This document shows, one piece after another, positions 9,069 to 18,614 of a stretch of 64,000 bases of DNA; the stretch's first letter is position 1; each line of letters opens with the position of its first letter. The position numbers and the translations under genes are program-made. The notes under the pieces are model-generated. The model was not told the DNA's origin. It made no database searches and was given only the letters and a program-made list of their open reading frames with translations. The DNA comes from Candidatus Parcubacteria bacterium (GTDB taxonomy: Bacteria; Patescibacteriota; Saccharimonadia; UBA4664; JBIOIQ01): the NCBI GenBank assembly GCA_963718875.1, contig OY970378.1:872265-936264 (forward strand), given 5' to 3'.

Positions 9069-10913
9069 CTACTTTTCATTAGACTCATCATCGGGAGTTT
9101 GAGATTCCTGATTTGGGGTTTTGCGCTTAGACCTGCCACGCCAATCGGTAATCATCAAGAATCCGCGCTGAGCCTTGGCAGTCCCGCTCCACACCCACCC
9201 CAGGGGCTTCCAAGCTGCAGCTTTACGCAGCCAGGCAATAAGGTGCGGCTCATGAGCTGTATGCGCAATCTGATGAGCTCCTTTTAGCCTTAGCCATTTT
9301 TCCCTACGCCAAGCTAAAAATAACACTACATTAATAATAGTTGCGACAATAAGCAGAACCACAACTAGCGGCAGCAGCAAGCGCTGGTACCAAGGAGGTG
9401 GAACTGGTTTTTTGAGTGCAGTGGCAGTAATAACTAATTTGAGGTCTGGCGATGGAGAACTTTCGGCGCCAACACTATTGACCCGACTAAAACGAATGGT
9501 GTAATTGCCTGGGAACAATTGCGGTTTATAAGTATATTCCCAAGTGATGCCATTGGCAAAGCCGCCGGCTCCTTTGTCTTTGGCCTTGGAAGCTTTTTTG
9601 TCTTTGGCTAAAAATTGTTCGAGCAGCTTACCATTTAAAAAGACTGATATGGTATCCCCTGCCTCCGACTGCCCAATATAGTTCATGGGTTGTAAAATAA
9701 CTAACGACGAAGGCCAAGTCAGTATCTTGGGAGGGGCAATGCCTGTAATTTCGAAGTCGGTTTTGGCTTCTTTTGTGTTACCGGCTTTGTCGTAGGCAGT
9801 TACTACAATGGTGTGTTTACCTGGGCGCTGTTTGGGGATGGCGTCGCCAGGATTTAAGGGAAAGGCTTCTCCATCATCAATTTTGGCTGTGTAGCGGTCG
9901 ATGCCAGAGATGCCGTCATTAGCTGTAAAACTTGCCTTGGGAGTAGGATTTGAAGCATTGCTGCCGTTGTCCATTTTGACGCTAAAATCATCTGGTGGGC
10001 TAGAATCTATATGAATATCAAAATGGACAGTGCTGCCACCGGTTTGATTAGAGCCTTTTAAATGGAAATACCAAGTCCCTTCATCTAGGTCGTATGAAGT
10101 ATTAATAGTGCCGTTATTGGGACTATTTGGAACGGTGCCTGGGTTACGGTCAACCGCAAATGAGTAATTACCAACGGCCGTTGTAGCAAACCAATTTAGC
10201 TCCACGCGGCGGCTGGTATACCATTGGTTTTCGTTGGGATGAGTTCTGGAGTTTACTGTCAGTAAGGGCACCGGGGGCTTAGGAGTGTTAACGGTAAAAG
10301 TGGCGCCACTGGAGCAGCACAATACATTTGTACCCATGCCATCATTGGCCAGTATTTGACTACCGGCCACATTGACGGTATACGTGCCTGGCGTGGTGGC
10401 ATTAAATATTACGGTCACAACGCGTCCGCCGCTGCCGTTGTAGCCAGGGTTAGACAGCCCACCCGAAAAATAAACTGACGAGCCTGAACCAACAGGCCCG
10501 GCACCTCCCCCACTGGCCCAAGTGGTAAATATTGAGCCCGAGGTAGAGGCAAATGAATATTGTAAGCCGGGGGTCCAGGTAACGGTGGCTTCACCAGCAT
10601 TAATAGCTTGGCCGCCTGAGTTAATCATTATACCCACGCGAATCACGTCGCCAACATTGTAGGCGCCAGAGGATGGTGAAGCGTAAAAGCTGGCGTTGGC
10701 GGCGGCACGGGCTGTGGGGGCCGGGATAAGGCTAGCCGATAAGGAAGAAACGAAAACGGCTAGTAGCATAAATGAGCGACCCCACGACCTTCGCGCTTGA
10801 ATCCAGTTCAAGGAAGAACCGAGAACCACAGAGAGGCGTACCCGGAAGTACGCTGACCGAGGATCGCAGGCTCTGACGACGAAATGGGCCAAGCGAGTAG
10901 GTCGTAATGTCAT
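9069..10913 (-). CDS. Cohesin-domain protein with Ig/FN3-like repeats and a C-terminal TM anchor
   Basis: PSSGAYNVGD, INSGGQAINA, FSGGLSNPGY, ILANDGMGT (cohesin-like), then GTWYFHL and HTIVVTAYDKAGN. Hydrophobic TM near the C-terminus. Confidence 0.78.
   Translation of the reverse strand: MTLRPTRLAHFVVRACDPRSAYFRVRLSVVLGSSLNWIQARRSWGRSFMLLAVFVSSLSASLIPAPTARAAANASFYASPSSGAYNVGDVIRVGIMINSGGQAINAGEATVTWTPGLQYSFASTSGSIFTTWASGGGAGPVGSGSSVYFSGGLSNPGYNGSGGRVVTVIFNATTPGTYTVNVAGSQILANDGMGTNVLCCSSGATFTVNTPKPPVPLLTVNSRTHPNENQWYTSRRVELNWFATTAVGNYSFAVDRNPGTVPNSPNNGTINTSYDLDEGTWYFHLKGSNQTGGSTVHFDIHIDSSPPDDFSVKMDNGSNASNPTPKASFTANDGISGIDRYTAKIDDGEAFPLNPGDAIPKQRPGKHTIVVTAYDKAGNTKEAKTDFEITGIAPPKILTWPSSLVILQPMNYIGQSEAGDTISVFLNGKLLEQFLAKDKKASKAKDKGAGGFANGITWEYTYKPQLFPGNYTIRFSRVNSVGAESSPSPDLKLVITATALKKPVPPPWYQRLLLPLVVVLLIVATIINVVLFLAWRREKWLRLKGAHQIAHTAHEPHLIAWLRKAAAWKPLGWVWSGTAKAQRGFLMITDWRGRSKRKTPNQESQTPDDESNEK
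10784..10905. repeat. RPE-like palindromic element inside the 5' end of the cohesin gene
   Basis: ACGACCT..CGCTTG ... CAAGCG..AGGTCGT termini with central hairpin GCGTAC-CCGGAA-GTACGC. Confidence 0.7.
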
Positions 10914-11440
10914 TTGATGTCTACCTCGATGGGCTTGAGCTGCAAGGGAATTGAGGTACCCAAACCATCATTAAGTTTTACGGCGGTATTACCCGTAAAA
11001 GTTAGTTTGGTTTTGAGGGGTTTTTTAGCCACCAGGGTTACACTACCAACTTTGCCTTGGCCGCGAAAACCAGGGTTAAAAATGCCACCCACAAAACTAA
11101 TGTCGCCGCTGGTATTAGAAAATTTTGGTTCATTGGGAACCCAAATAGTAAAGAATGTCTGATCCTTGCTGATGGAATCTACCTGGACCACCTTGGGGTC
11201 AAACTTTAAATATATCTCAGCCGCATTAATGGTTTGGCCAGCGGTATCAATAACAATTGGTAGTGTTAATCGGTGGTTACTACCCGAAACGGGCTGAGGT
11301 GCAGTAATAGTGGCCTCTCTCGAGGTTGGGGTTTTATTAAATAGCAAATAGCCGCCTATGACTGATATGCCAAACAGGGCAATAAAATGCCAGCGGCGGT
11401 GAGTTGGACGATTTGGTTGAGGTTTTCCCACAGTATCCAT
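10910..11440 (-). CDS. Single cohesin-domain protein with an N-terminal membrane anchor
   Basis: IDTAGQTINAAEIYLKFDP, ISFVGGIFNPGF, VKLNDGLGT. Paralogous to the cohesin domain of the adjacent gene. Confidence 0.8.
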   Translation of the reverse strand: MDTVGKPQPNRPTHRRWHFIALFGISVIGGYLLFNKTPTSREATITAPQPVSGSNHRLTLPIVIDTAGQTINAAEIYLKFDPKVVQVDSISKDQTFFTIWVPNEPKFSNTSGDISFVGGIFNPGFRGQGKVGSVTLVAKKPLKTKLTFTGNTAVKLNDGLGTSIPLQLKPIEVDIK

Positions 11441-11506
11441 AAAACGCTTATGTCTATAATACCGTAAACGGAAGAATACTCAACCTTAGGAAGCGTTTAT
11501 TCTAAT

Positions 11507-11627
11507 TGTCATCCTGAAGAGGAAGGCCAGTATCAAATCGCTCGATGCGCCGTGGAGCATGGCCGCACCTACTGTTCAGGATCTCTTCTCTAGATTAAGA
11601 GGCCCTGAAACAAGTTCAGGGTGACAA
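11507..11627. repeat. REP-like element pair (TGTCATCCTGA...CAGGATCT type)
   Basis: Shares GATCTCTTNTCTAGATTAAGAGG, GATGCGCCGTGG and CTCTTCAGGATGA blocks with 26263-26465; the last block also occurs at 34548-34596. Confidence 0.75.
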
Positions 11628-11701
11628 TTTTGGAGGTTCTTGGAGACAAAAGTGAGGGCAGTTCAGACACTTTTCTCGACAGAAATGATCCTTTTGTGAC
11701 A

Positions 11702-11751
11702 CGCTCCCGCCCACCCCAAGTGCTCAAAGTTTATTTTGAGCACTTGGGGTG
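11702..11751. repeat. Hairpin and first copy of a 27-bp direct repeat (second copy at 12832-12858)
   Basis: CGCTCCCGCCCACCCCAAG(T/C)GCTCAAA in both places. This copy folds into a 17-bp perfect stem. Confidence 0.8.
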
Positions 11752-11857
11752 AGTAGAATAACAAAGGCCTTTACTGTTTCTTGACAAATTAAACTTCTTA
11801 TGCTACACTACTTGTTGTATCTGGAAATTCCAGGTAGCACATGCAAAAGGAGCAGTC

Positions 11858-12097
11858 ATGCTCAAGCACGAACTTGAACAAAAGTTTATGCTAACTTTCA
11901 GTTTTGCAAGCAACTGCAAAAGCCGTAAAGGAAACCAGCTGTGGATCGCTTCGGGTATTTACATCGAGGGAGACGGGTGGTGTGACCACGCATACTGGAC
12001 TTGCATCCGTGCTATAGTCAACCCCGCCACAAACGAGGTATATTCTTACTCTATCGAAGAGGATGATTGGCCTACCGGGCCAATGTATAACCCCTAG
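11858..12097 (+). CDS. Hypothetical protein (ORFan) with its own promoter
   Basis: TTGACA-N17-TACACT at 11781-11809 and AAGGAG RBS. Confidence 0.65.
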   Translation: MLKHELEQKFMLTFSFASNCKSRKGNQLWIASGIYIEGDGWCDHAYWTCIRAIVNPATNEVYSYSIEEDDWPTGPMYNP

Positions 12098-12350
12098 ACT
12101 GCAGTTCCTGCGAAATTGATCTGAAATCCAAGGATACACCTTGTGCGGTACCGATTTACGAAGTAACATCTTTTTGCATCACCCGAGGGACTAGTCTCTC
12201 AAAAGCGGTTGCTGTTGCACCGCCTTTTCTCAAGCTTTCAACCGACTGGTTGACGTCTTAAGAGAAGTTCCAGCACTTTTTATTGACGTATCCGATATTT
12301 TTATGCCATAATACTTTTGACCAAATTGCTCTCTCAAGGATGTCGACAAC

Positions 12351-12800
12351 ATGACCACAAGCACCTGGGTTGGATTCGACCGCGCCCTCGCCGTAGCACT
12401 GGAGCAGTACATCAAGCCGCAACTCTCCGTGAACTTCTTCGGCCCACTCTCAGTTGCCCAGCTGCTGGAGGCCGGTTACGGAGTGTACATCTCCGGCGAC
12501 CTCAAGGACACCAAGGTTCTCGTAGTCTACCAAGACGACGAGGGCAACACATGCGTTCGCCTCGGCAACCTCCTCGCAACCATCGCGGCAAACGTGATGT
12601 CCGCCCATGACACCAAGACCCTCGCTCAACCAGATGGCGATTGGGTCTGCGTTGGCGCCACCACGTTGACCCTCTGCTCTGCCTACGGCACCATCCCTGG
12701 CAGGGTCATCTACGTCCTCGATCAGGTCACGGATTTGGGAATTTCCGGCTTCGTCGCCGGCTACCGCGCCGGCCACTGGGATGGCGGGATCGTTCCCTAG
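12351..12800 (+). CDS. GC-rich hypothetical protein with its own promoter and terminator
   Basis: TTGACG-N18-CATAAT at 12283-12312, AAGGA RBS, strong C bias at third codon positions, GGGAGCG/CGCTCCC hairpin after the stop. Confidence 0.75.
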   Translation: MTTSTWVGFDRALAVALEQYIKPQLSVNFFGPLSVAQLLEAGYGVYISGDLKDTKVLVVYQDDEGNTCVRLGNLLATIAANVMSAHDTKTLAQPDGDWVCVGATTLTLCSAYGTIPGRVIYVLDQVTDLGISGFVAGYRAGHWDGGIVP

Positions 12801-12895
12801 CTAGGCAATTTGGGCATGGGAGCGCTACTCGCGCTCCCGCCCACCCCAAGCGCTCAAATATTTTTGAGAATTTAGGCTAGGATTAATAAGAGCTA

Positions 12896-13243
12896 TTAAT
12901 ACCGCAACAAACCTCTTCGCTTTAGTTCACTGAATACAGCAACATAGTATGCTGGGTGTTTTTGCCAATCCGAAGGGGTTGAGCTATTTACTATTGCAAT
13001 AATATCTTCGTCAGTAGCGGGCGTTTCGCCTGCACCGAGTAACTTTTCACGAGAACCAACATTGTGAAGTACCCCAGGTTGCAACTCAATCATTCCAGCC
13101 AAGACATCCATCATTTCGCCAAGCTTTTTTTCGTCTATGCCAGGCTCAATATAAGCATTAAACTCGGGCTCATCGGCTTTCCCTCCAGAGCCAGCGTCTG
13201 GTTCTATTCTTTTACCGCCCGGAAATTCAATAAGTTCTCCCAT
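12896..13243 (-). CDS. Acidic hypothetical protein
   Basis: 115-aa ORF starting 12 bp after the stop of 13256-13747. No recognised motif. Confidence 0.65.
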   Translation of the reverse strand: MGELIEFPGGKRIEPDAGSGGKADEPEFNAYIEPGIDEKKLGEMMDVLAGMIELQPGVLHNVGSREKLLGAGETPATDEDIIAIVNSSTPSDWQKHPAYYVAVFSELKRRGLLRY

Positions 13244-13255
13244 GACTAAAGCCTA

Positions 13256-13747
13256 TTACAGATATCTTCCGCCACCTTCGACGCTTGTATCTCTTTTTTT
13301 GTCACCAATAGCCACTTGTGCTTTAGCTCGTCTGTCTCCAAGCTTTTTAGTTTCTTCTGCAATAAAACGTTCATAGTTGGGGTTATTCATGGCTGCTAGC
13401 TCAGCCAAGCACTCTTCCACCAGCTGTAAATGATATTCAATGTCGCCAGTAGCCCTTCCCGCCTCAACATCCTCGATATAACGGTCAATGGTTCCACTGT
13501 TTACATATGCGGCAGATACAACTGATGTATCCCTAGGTGACTCAGCAACAGTCGCCCCGCTTATAGATGCCATTTCAGGATATTCGGCTAACAGAGCTTC
13601 ATCTAAATCAAATTTGGCAATATTCGGATCGTATAAAGCTTCATTAGGGTCAATTTCAACTTCTTCATCAATCGCGCCCAACCCCTCTACTGGACTGACT
13701 GCTTCCGCTCCGTCTGGATTAACTTCTCCTTCTTCTGGTCTTGGCAT
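13256..13747 (-). CDS. Acidic hypothetical protein
   Basis: 163-aa E/D-rich ORF with GAGGA upstream. Confidence 0.65.
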   Translation of the reverse strand: MPRPEEGEVNPDGAEAVSPVEGLGAIDEEVEIDPNEALYDPNIAKFDLDEALLAEYPEMASISGATVAESPRDTSVVSAAYVNSGTIDRYIEDVEAGRATGDIEYHLQLVEECLAELAAMNNPNYERFIAEETKKLGDRRAKAQVAIGDKKRDTSVEGGGRYL

Positions 13748-13944
13748 ATAGATTATCCTCTATCTTTCTCGCATCCTCAAAAAAGATGCTTTGCGTCGCT
13801 ATTACATTATTTTGAAATCTTTTGCATCATACCAGTTAATCGAAACTGATATCAAGACTGGCCTTCGACTACGCTCAGGCAATAAAGCGATGGATCGAAA
13901 ACCGCTTCGAAAAGATCACAGTAGGCGAGTTTGCTATGACCAGA

Positions 13945-14772
13945 CTACCCCGTCCAGTAAAACAACATGATCGACAGGTCGGTAAGGTTGGTTTTGGTGT
14001 CATCATTAATATCAGCCGGTTTATTGATGTTGGATTGCAAGTAAAAGAACATGAGGATAGAAAAGTCGGTTAGGTTGACGCGGTTGTCGTTATTTAGGTC
14101 AGCCGAAAGTACCACCGTAAAACTGGCCGGAGGCGTTTGCGGGCTTTGGTTAGCACTCGGGTTTTGCACCACACTGCTGGCAGTGTAAGTACCAAGGTGC
14201 AAGGTTCCGGAAGGTGAGGTTTGCCAATTACCGATGGAATCGGACGGGCTGGTAGTTGCAAACGAATCGCTGTATTTTGCGCCGCTCCAAAAGGTTGTGA
14301 CCGTGGAGTCTTGGCGGGTTGTCCCAACTATTGATTGAATTTGGGGCCGTTTGATGGGGTTTTTAATAATCTGGAATGTGGTGGGCAGTAAATAGCCACT
14401 CAGGGTAGTGGTATAGGCAGGCAAAATCGTGACGTCATTACTAACAGTAGCCGAAACTCGGCCGGATACATCCGTGGCATGAATGCTGTAGGTGGCTAAC
14501 CCTTGGGATTGGTTGGTAAAAGTATTATCAAAACTGCTGTCAGCTCCTGCAGTTTGAGTGCCAATAACCACGCCGTTACGCTCAAACGTTACCAACGCCC
14601 CTGGCGAGGCCTCCCCTACAAACTGAACTCCCCCGTTTTGCACTGGCAGCTCAGCCCCAATAGTTGATTCCTCGGTAAGTGCTGTTATGGCCATAATGGG
14701 GGCGCTTAAAGAGCTGAAAAAAAATAAAGCCGCTAAGGCTGTTGACGGCTTAACGTTAAAACGGGCACGCAT
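13945..14772 (-). CDS. Secreted Ig-like protein with a C-terminal dockerin
   Basis: Duplicated Ca-binding motif ADLNNDNRVNLTDFSIL / ADINDDTKTNLTDLSIM, plus a signal peptide. Confidence 0.85.
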   Translation of the reverse strand: MRARFNVKPSTALAALFFFSSLSAPIMAITALTEESTIGAELPVQNGGVQFVGEASPGALVTFERNGVVIGTQTAGADSSFDNTFTNQSQGLATYSIHATDVSGRVSATVSNDVTILPAYTTTLSGYLLPTTFQIIKNPIKRPQIQSIVGTTRQDSTVTTFWSGAKYSDSFATTSPSDSIGNWQTSPSGTLHLGTYTASSVVQNPSANQSPQTPPASFTVVLSADLNNDNRVNLTDFSILMFFYLQSNINKPADINDDTKTNLTDLSIMLFYWTG

Positions 14773-15932
14773 TAGCGACCCTTAATTAAAACCCTGGCAG
14801 CCGACGCAAGACGCTTGCGCAAGACAAACAGCAACACAAGAATGACGATGGCCATAATTAGCACCCAGAGCGGGAAGGCCCAAAAAACAGTTTCAGCGGT
14901 CAAAATTTTGTTTTGCGATCCATAAACGGCTGCCACTTGGGCGCGGTAATATCCACCCCACAGCGACTTCGTAGGCCAAATCACACTAATACGACGTTCG
15001 CCCCCAGGAAATACATTGCGGGGGTCAAGCGCTACTTGATCAACCTTGCGTCCAAAAATATCATAAATCGTAACTGTTCCGGCTGGCTTAAAGTGAACGT
15101 TGCCGGAGTTTTTAAATACCAGATCGAAAGCAATGGGACCTTGATTAAAGTAGCTTTTGGGCTTTTCGTTATTTAGGTCCTCGCCCGAGGCCACGTAGAT
15201 TTTGGTCTTGCCGTCGGAGCCCGTAACTGTTTGCCAGTCCCCAATAAAATTTTTGGTGCGAAAGCTTTTAATACTGCCTGCTTCAGTAACAGCCCCACTA
15301 ACCTTCATCAGAATAAGCGAGCCAACTCGCTGAATTACGCTGGCGCCGGTAGAATTGGAACTTGCAGCCACGACGGGGTTGAATAATACAGTGGCAAAAT
15401 GACCGCCGGGCTCAGCATTTTTGGGAACACGGATAGTAAATGGAACCAGAGCTGACGATTTGGCAGCTAAAGGGATCTGAGTGGTTGTAAAACTAAACCA
15501 ACTGGCAAAGGCGTTAGTCTTTGCGTCATCCGCTACCTTTACCGACCCTTCAGTTCCTGCCACCGTAAAATCTTGAGCGCTGGCAGTTAGTGTTACGGCC
15601 GCATCAGACTCATTGGTTACCCGAATGGTGTTACTTAAGGTGTCTCCTGGGTTAGCGCTTAGTTCATAAGTGGGTGGAGATACAGTAATACCTTGGGTTG
15701 TGGCCGCCGATACCGGTTGGCCGATTGCTATTAAAGCGATAGAGGCCAGAATTAGGCTGCCAAAAGATTTTTTTATAGATAAGAAACTCACTAGGACTTT
15801 CTCACTTGAGTGCAGTTTGGATGCAAATATCGAGTACCGTAAACGAGGCGTAGTTGACCTACGTCGAGTGCGGAACGGAGATTTTGCGCCGAAATGTGCC
15901 AAGTGTGATAGTCCTATAGTACTTATGTTCAT
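14772..15932 (-). CDS. DUF916-like membrane-anchored protein 4
   Basis: ITVSPPTYELSANPG, AEPGGHFATV, NSGNVH, C-terminal TM. Close paralogue of 6630-7553, with an extended N-terminus. Confidence 0.8.
   Translation of the reverse strand: MNISTIGLSHLAHFGAKSPFRTRRRSTTPRLRYSIFASKLHSSEKVLVSFLSIKKSFGSLILASIALIAIGQPVSAATTQGITVSPPTYELSANPGDTLSNTIRVTNESDAAVTLTASAQDFTVAGTEGSVKVADDAKTNAFASWFSFTTTQIPLAAKSSALVPFTIRVPKNAEPGGHFATVLFNPVVAASSNSTGASVIQRVGSLILMKVSGAVTEAGSIKSFRTKNFIGDWQTVTGSDGKTKIYVASGEDLNNEKPKSYFNQGPIAFDLVFKNSGNVHFKPAGTVTIYDIFGRKVDQVALDPRNVFPGGERRISVIWPTKSLWGGYYRAQVAAVYGSQNKILTAETVFWAFPLWVLIMAIVILVLLFVLRKRLASAARVLIKGR
15792..15916. repeat. RPE-like palindromic element inside the 5' end of the DUF916-like gene
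   Basis: TAGGACT..TCACTTG ... CAAGTGTG..AGTCCTA termini with central hairpin GGCGTAG-TTGAC-CTACGTC. Confidence 0.7.
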
Positions 15933-15933
15933 T

Positions 15934-17036
15934 CTAAAAGGTTGGAGTGCAAGTGTAAACCACTTTCCCGGTATATGTACCCGCCGGCGAGAATACGGTA
16001 AAGCGCAGTCGATATCCTATATTAACCGCATCGCTGGCCACGCTGTTGTTGGCATGGGCTACTTCGGCATCGGTATTGGTGACCCCGGCAAATAAATTAT
16101 CGGCCGTCGTAAAGCGGTTAGCCACCCCAGATAAACTGGCGTCGCTAGTAGTATAGCCAAATAATTCAGCTGGTCCGCCAGGCGTAGCCGTTGGACTCGT
16201 GTTTGTTCCCGTCCAGTCAGGTATAGAAGCTGCTCCATTTTTTAATACATCGCCGGCGGTGGTAAACTTTTAATAGTTACTTGATAGCCGCTGCCAGCAT
16301 TAGTGCTAGTCGTAAGTGTTTGCGCACAATCATAGTCAGTGTTGGGTGATAATGGCTGAATAGCTGAGCCAAATGTGACGGAGGTAGCAGTATCATTACA
16401 AAGGCTAGCTGTGCTTAAGGCACCTTTATAAATAGTGGAAGCTGGAGTCCCGGTAACATTAAAAGTTAAGGTAGGATCGATAGTAAGGCTGACTGTAACG
16501 GCCACTACAATCACGTAGGCAATGGTGGCGGAGTCGACTTCGGTGGTGTAAGTATCATCAGAATAGGTAGTAAGTCGTACAAAATAAGTCCCGGGGTTGG
16601 TGGGATTTGTAACATTACTAAACACAATTTGTTGGGATCCCGTGGGAGCCGCCACATTCGAGCTATTTTTGATCTGAAGTGAGCTCGTAACAGAGTCATT
16701 GGTCCAGCCTGAAGAGTCGCCATAGCCCACCGGTTGGCTGGCAAGGGTGGCGGCGGATGCTGAAAAGCCAGTTGGAGCTACACAACTACCAGAGCTGGTA
16801 GTGCACATTTGAGCTCGGAAAGCCTTGAGTACCGTACTACTGCCGACGGTAAAACTATAACTGTAGGAAACGTTACTCTCGGTCGGCTGGGTGTCCGATA
16901 ACGATACGCTGGCGCTACTAATAGCACCAGCGGCGGCACTGGCCGAAACCCACAGAAGCTTACTGGCAACTAATACCAATAAAACAACAATAGTAGCGTG
17001 CAATCGCACGGGGTACTTGGATATTTGCTTAGTCAT
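15934..17036 (-). pseudogene. Pilin/WxL-like subunit split by a single frameshift near 16270
   Basis: ORFs 16242-17036 and 15934-16125 join into a full paralogue (…STNAGSGYQVTI / TTAGDVLKNGAASIPDWTGTN…FGYTTSDASL…GTYTGKVVYTCTPTF) if one base is added near the run at 16268-16271. May be a sequencing error. Confidence 0.75.
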
Positions 17037-17363
17037 AGATGTTTATTTTACGGTTTTTGTTTTAATTACCGCTACTGCTAAGTTAACAAAACTATGGCTA
17101 CCCGTCAAGAATGCTTATGCTTTTAAAATCCTTTAAGGGAAAATTTTCAATGCGGCTTTGCATCATCATTCTTGTATAAGTCTAAGTTAGACTGCTTTTA
17201 AGCACTTTGAACACGTCTATGTTAGACTTATAGTAATAGTAGACGTATGGAGAAGAGCCTACTTATTCATACTTAAAAAGATCCCTCATGCTTTTGACTG
17301 TTAAAAATTGGTATCCAAAAAGCTGCCACTGGAAGCGACAGCTTTGATGGGTATTTGTTTACT

Positions 17364-18496
17364 TTAGAATACGGGGGTACAGGTATAGACTAGAGTGCCT
17401 CGGTATACACCTGCTTCTGTTACGCCGGTGTATTTGAGTCGGTAGCCCACATTTACTTGATCATTGGCAATGGCCGTAGCATTGTAAGCTACTTGATCCG
17501 GAGTGGTGGTAAGACCGGCAAACAGATCATCCGAAGCGGTAAATCGAGTGGCTACGCCGGATAGGGTGGCGTCGTTAGTGGTGTAGCCAAACGTTTCGGC
17601 GGGAGTGACGGCAGTAGAGGCAGGCGTGGCGTTTGTTCCGGTGGAGTTAGTGATGCTCTTAGTAGCATCACTAATGAGCTTTAGGAAGTCACCACTGGTT
17701 TGCTTGCCTTGGACGGTTACTTGGTAGCCACTATTAGCGTTGGTACTGGTAGCCAGCTGTTGAGCGCAGTCATAGGTAGTGTCAGCTGAAAGTGGCGAGG
17801 CTGGACTACCAAAGGTAACGGCGGTGGCAGTATCGGTACATTTGGCGTCAACTGCCAGGGAACCTTTAAAGGTGGTGGCTGGAGCAAGTCCAGAGACAGT
17901 AAAGCTTAGAGTCGAGTCGATCGTGGCACTTACCAGTACGCTAGGAACCGTTACAAAACCAATCACAGTGGCGTCAACCAGAGTGGCGCACGTGTCATCA
18001 CTGTAGGTGTTTATTTCAATATAAAATGTGCCTCCGCTTGATGAAGTGGGATTCGTAAGTAACTGGATGGGGGTGGTGATTTGGGTACCAGATGTCACTG
18101 ACGCACCAGTGACATTGGTTTCTTTTACCGTTCCAGCCGTACTGTTGTCGATAGTCCAGTTGGCAGCCGTTAAGTTAGTGAAAACACCGTTGGTTGCGGC
18201 AGAGTTAGAAAAACCGGTCGGCGTTGTACCTTGACCGGCATTGGGCGAAGTACTCCAACGATACGTAAAACACTCAAGCGTGGCGGTAGTACTAGCCATC
18301 CAGCTCAAAGTATAACTTACGCTGGCTGCAGGAGCGTCGGGGCGGGGGTCGCTTAATGTTGCACTAGCGTTAGTTAAACCGCCGGCGGCAAAACGGCCGA
18401 AAACAGACCATTGAACGTAAATAATCCAATACTAGCTACTATAACTGCGTTAAATAAGCGCCGAAAGCGCCCATTAACGGTAGAATTTCTCCTCAC
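17364..18496 (-). pseudogene. Pilin/WxL-like subunit with a frameshift at the end of its signal peptide (~18390)
   Basis: GTG 18496 with RBS AAGGTGAGGAG gives MRRNSTVNGRFRRLFNAVIVASIGLFTFNGLFSAV. Adding one T to the 4-base run at 18390-18393 continues FAAGGLTNASATLSDPRP into ORF 17364-18308, which ends GVYRGTLVYTCTPVF. Confidence 0.75.
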
Positions 18497-18527
18497 AAGA
18501 ACTCCTCACCTTTTATTTGTTGCATTA

Positions 18528-18556
18528 AGCATAACCATAATGAAAGGCTTGGTCAA
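18528..18556 (-). promoter_or_regulatory. Sigma70-type promoter for the first pilin-like gene
   Basis: TTGACC-N17-TATGCT, the same -10 hexamer as the promoter at 9010-9037. Confidence 0.6.
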
Positions 18557-18614
18557 TAGTTTTTGCGAATCAAGAATCATGAATTATGAATAAAGGGAGA
18601 AGCGCAGCTTTGAT

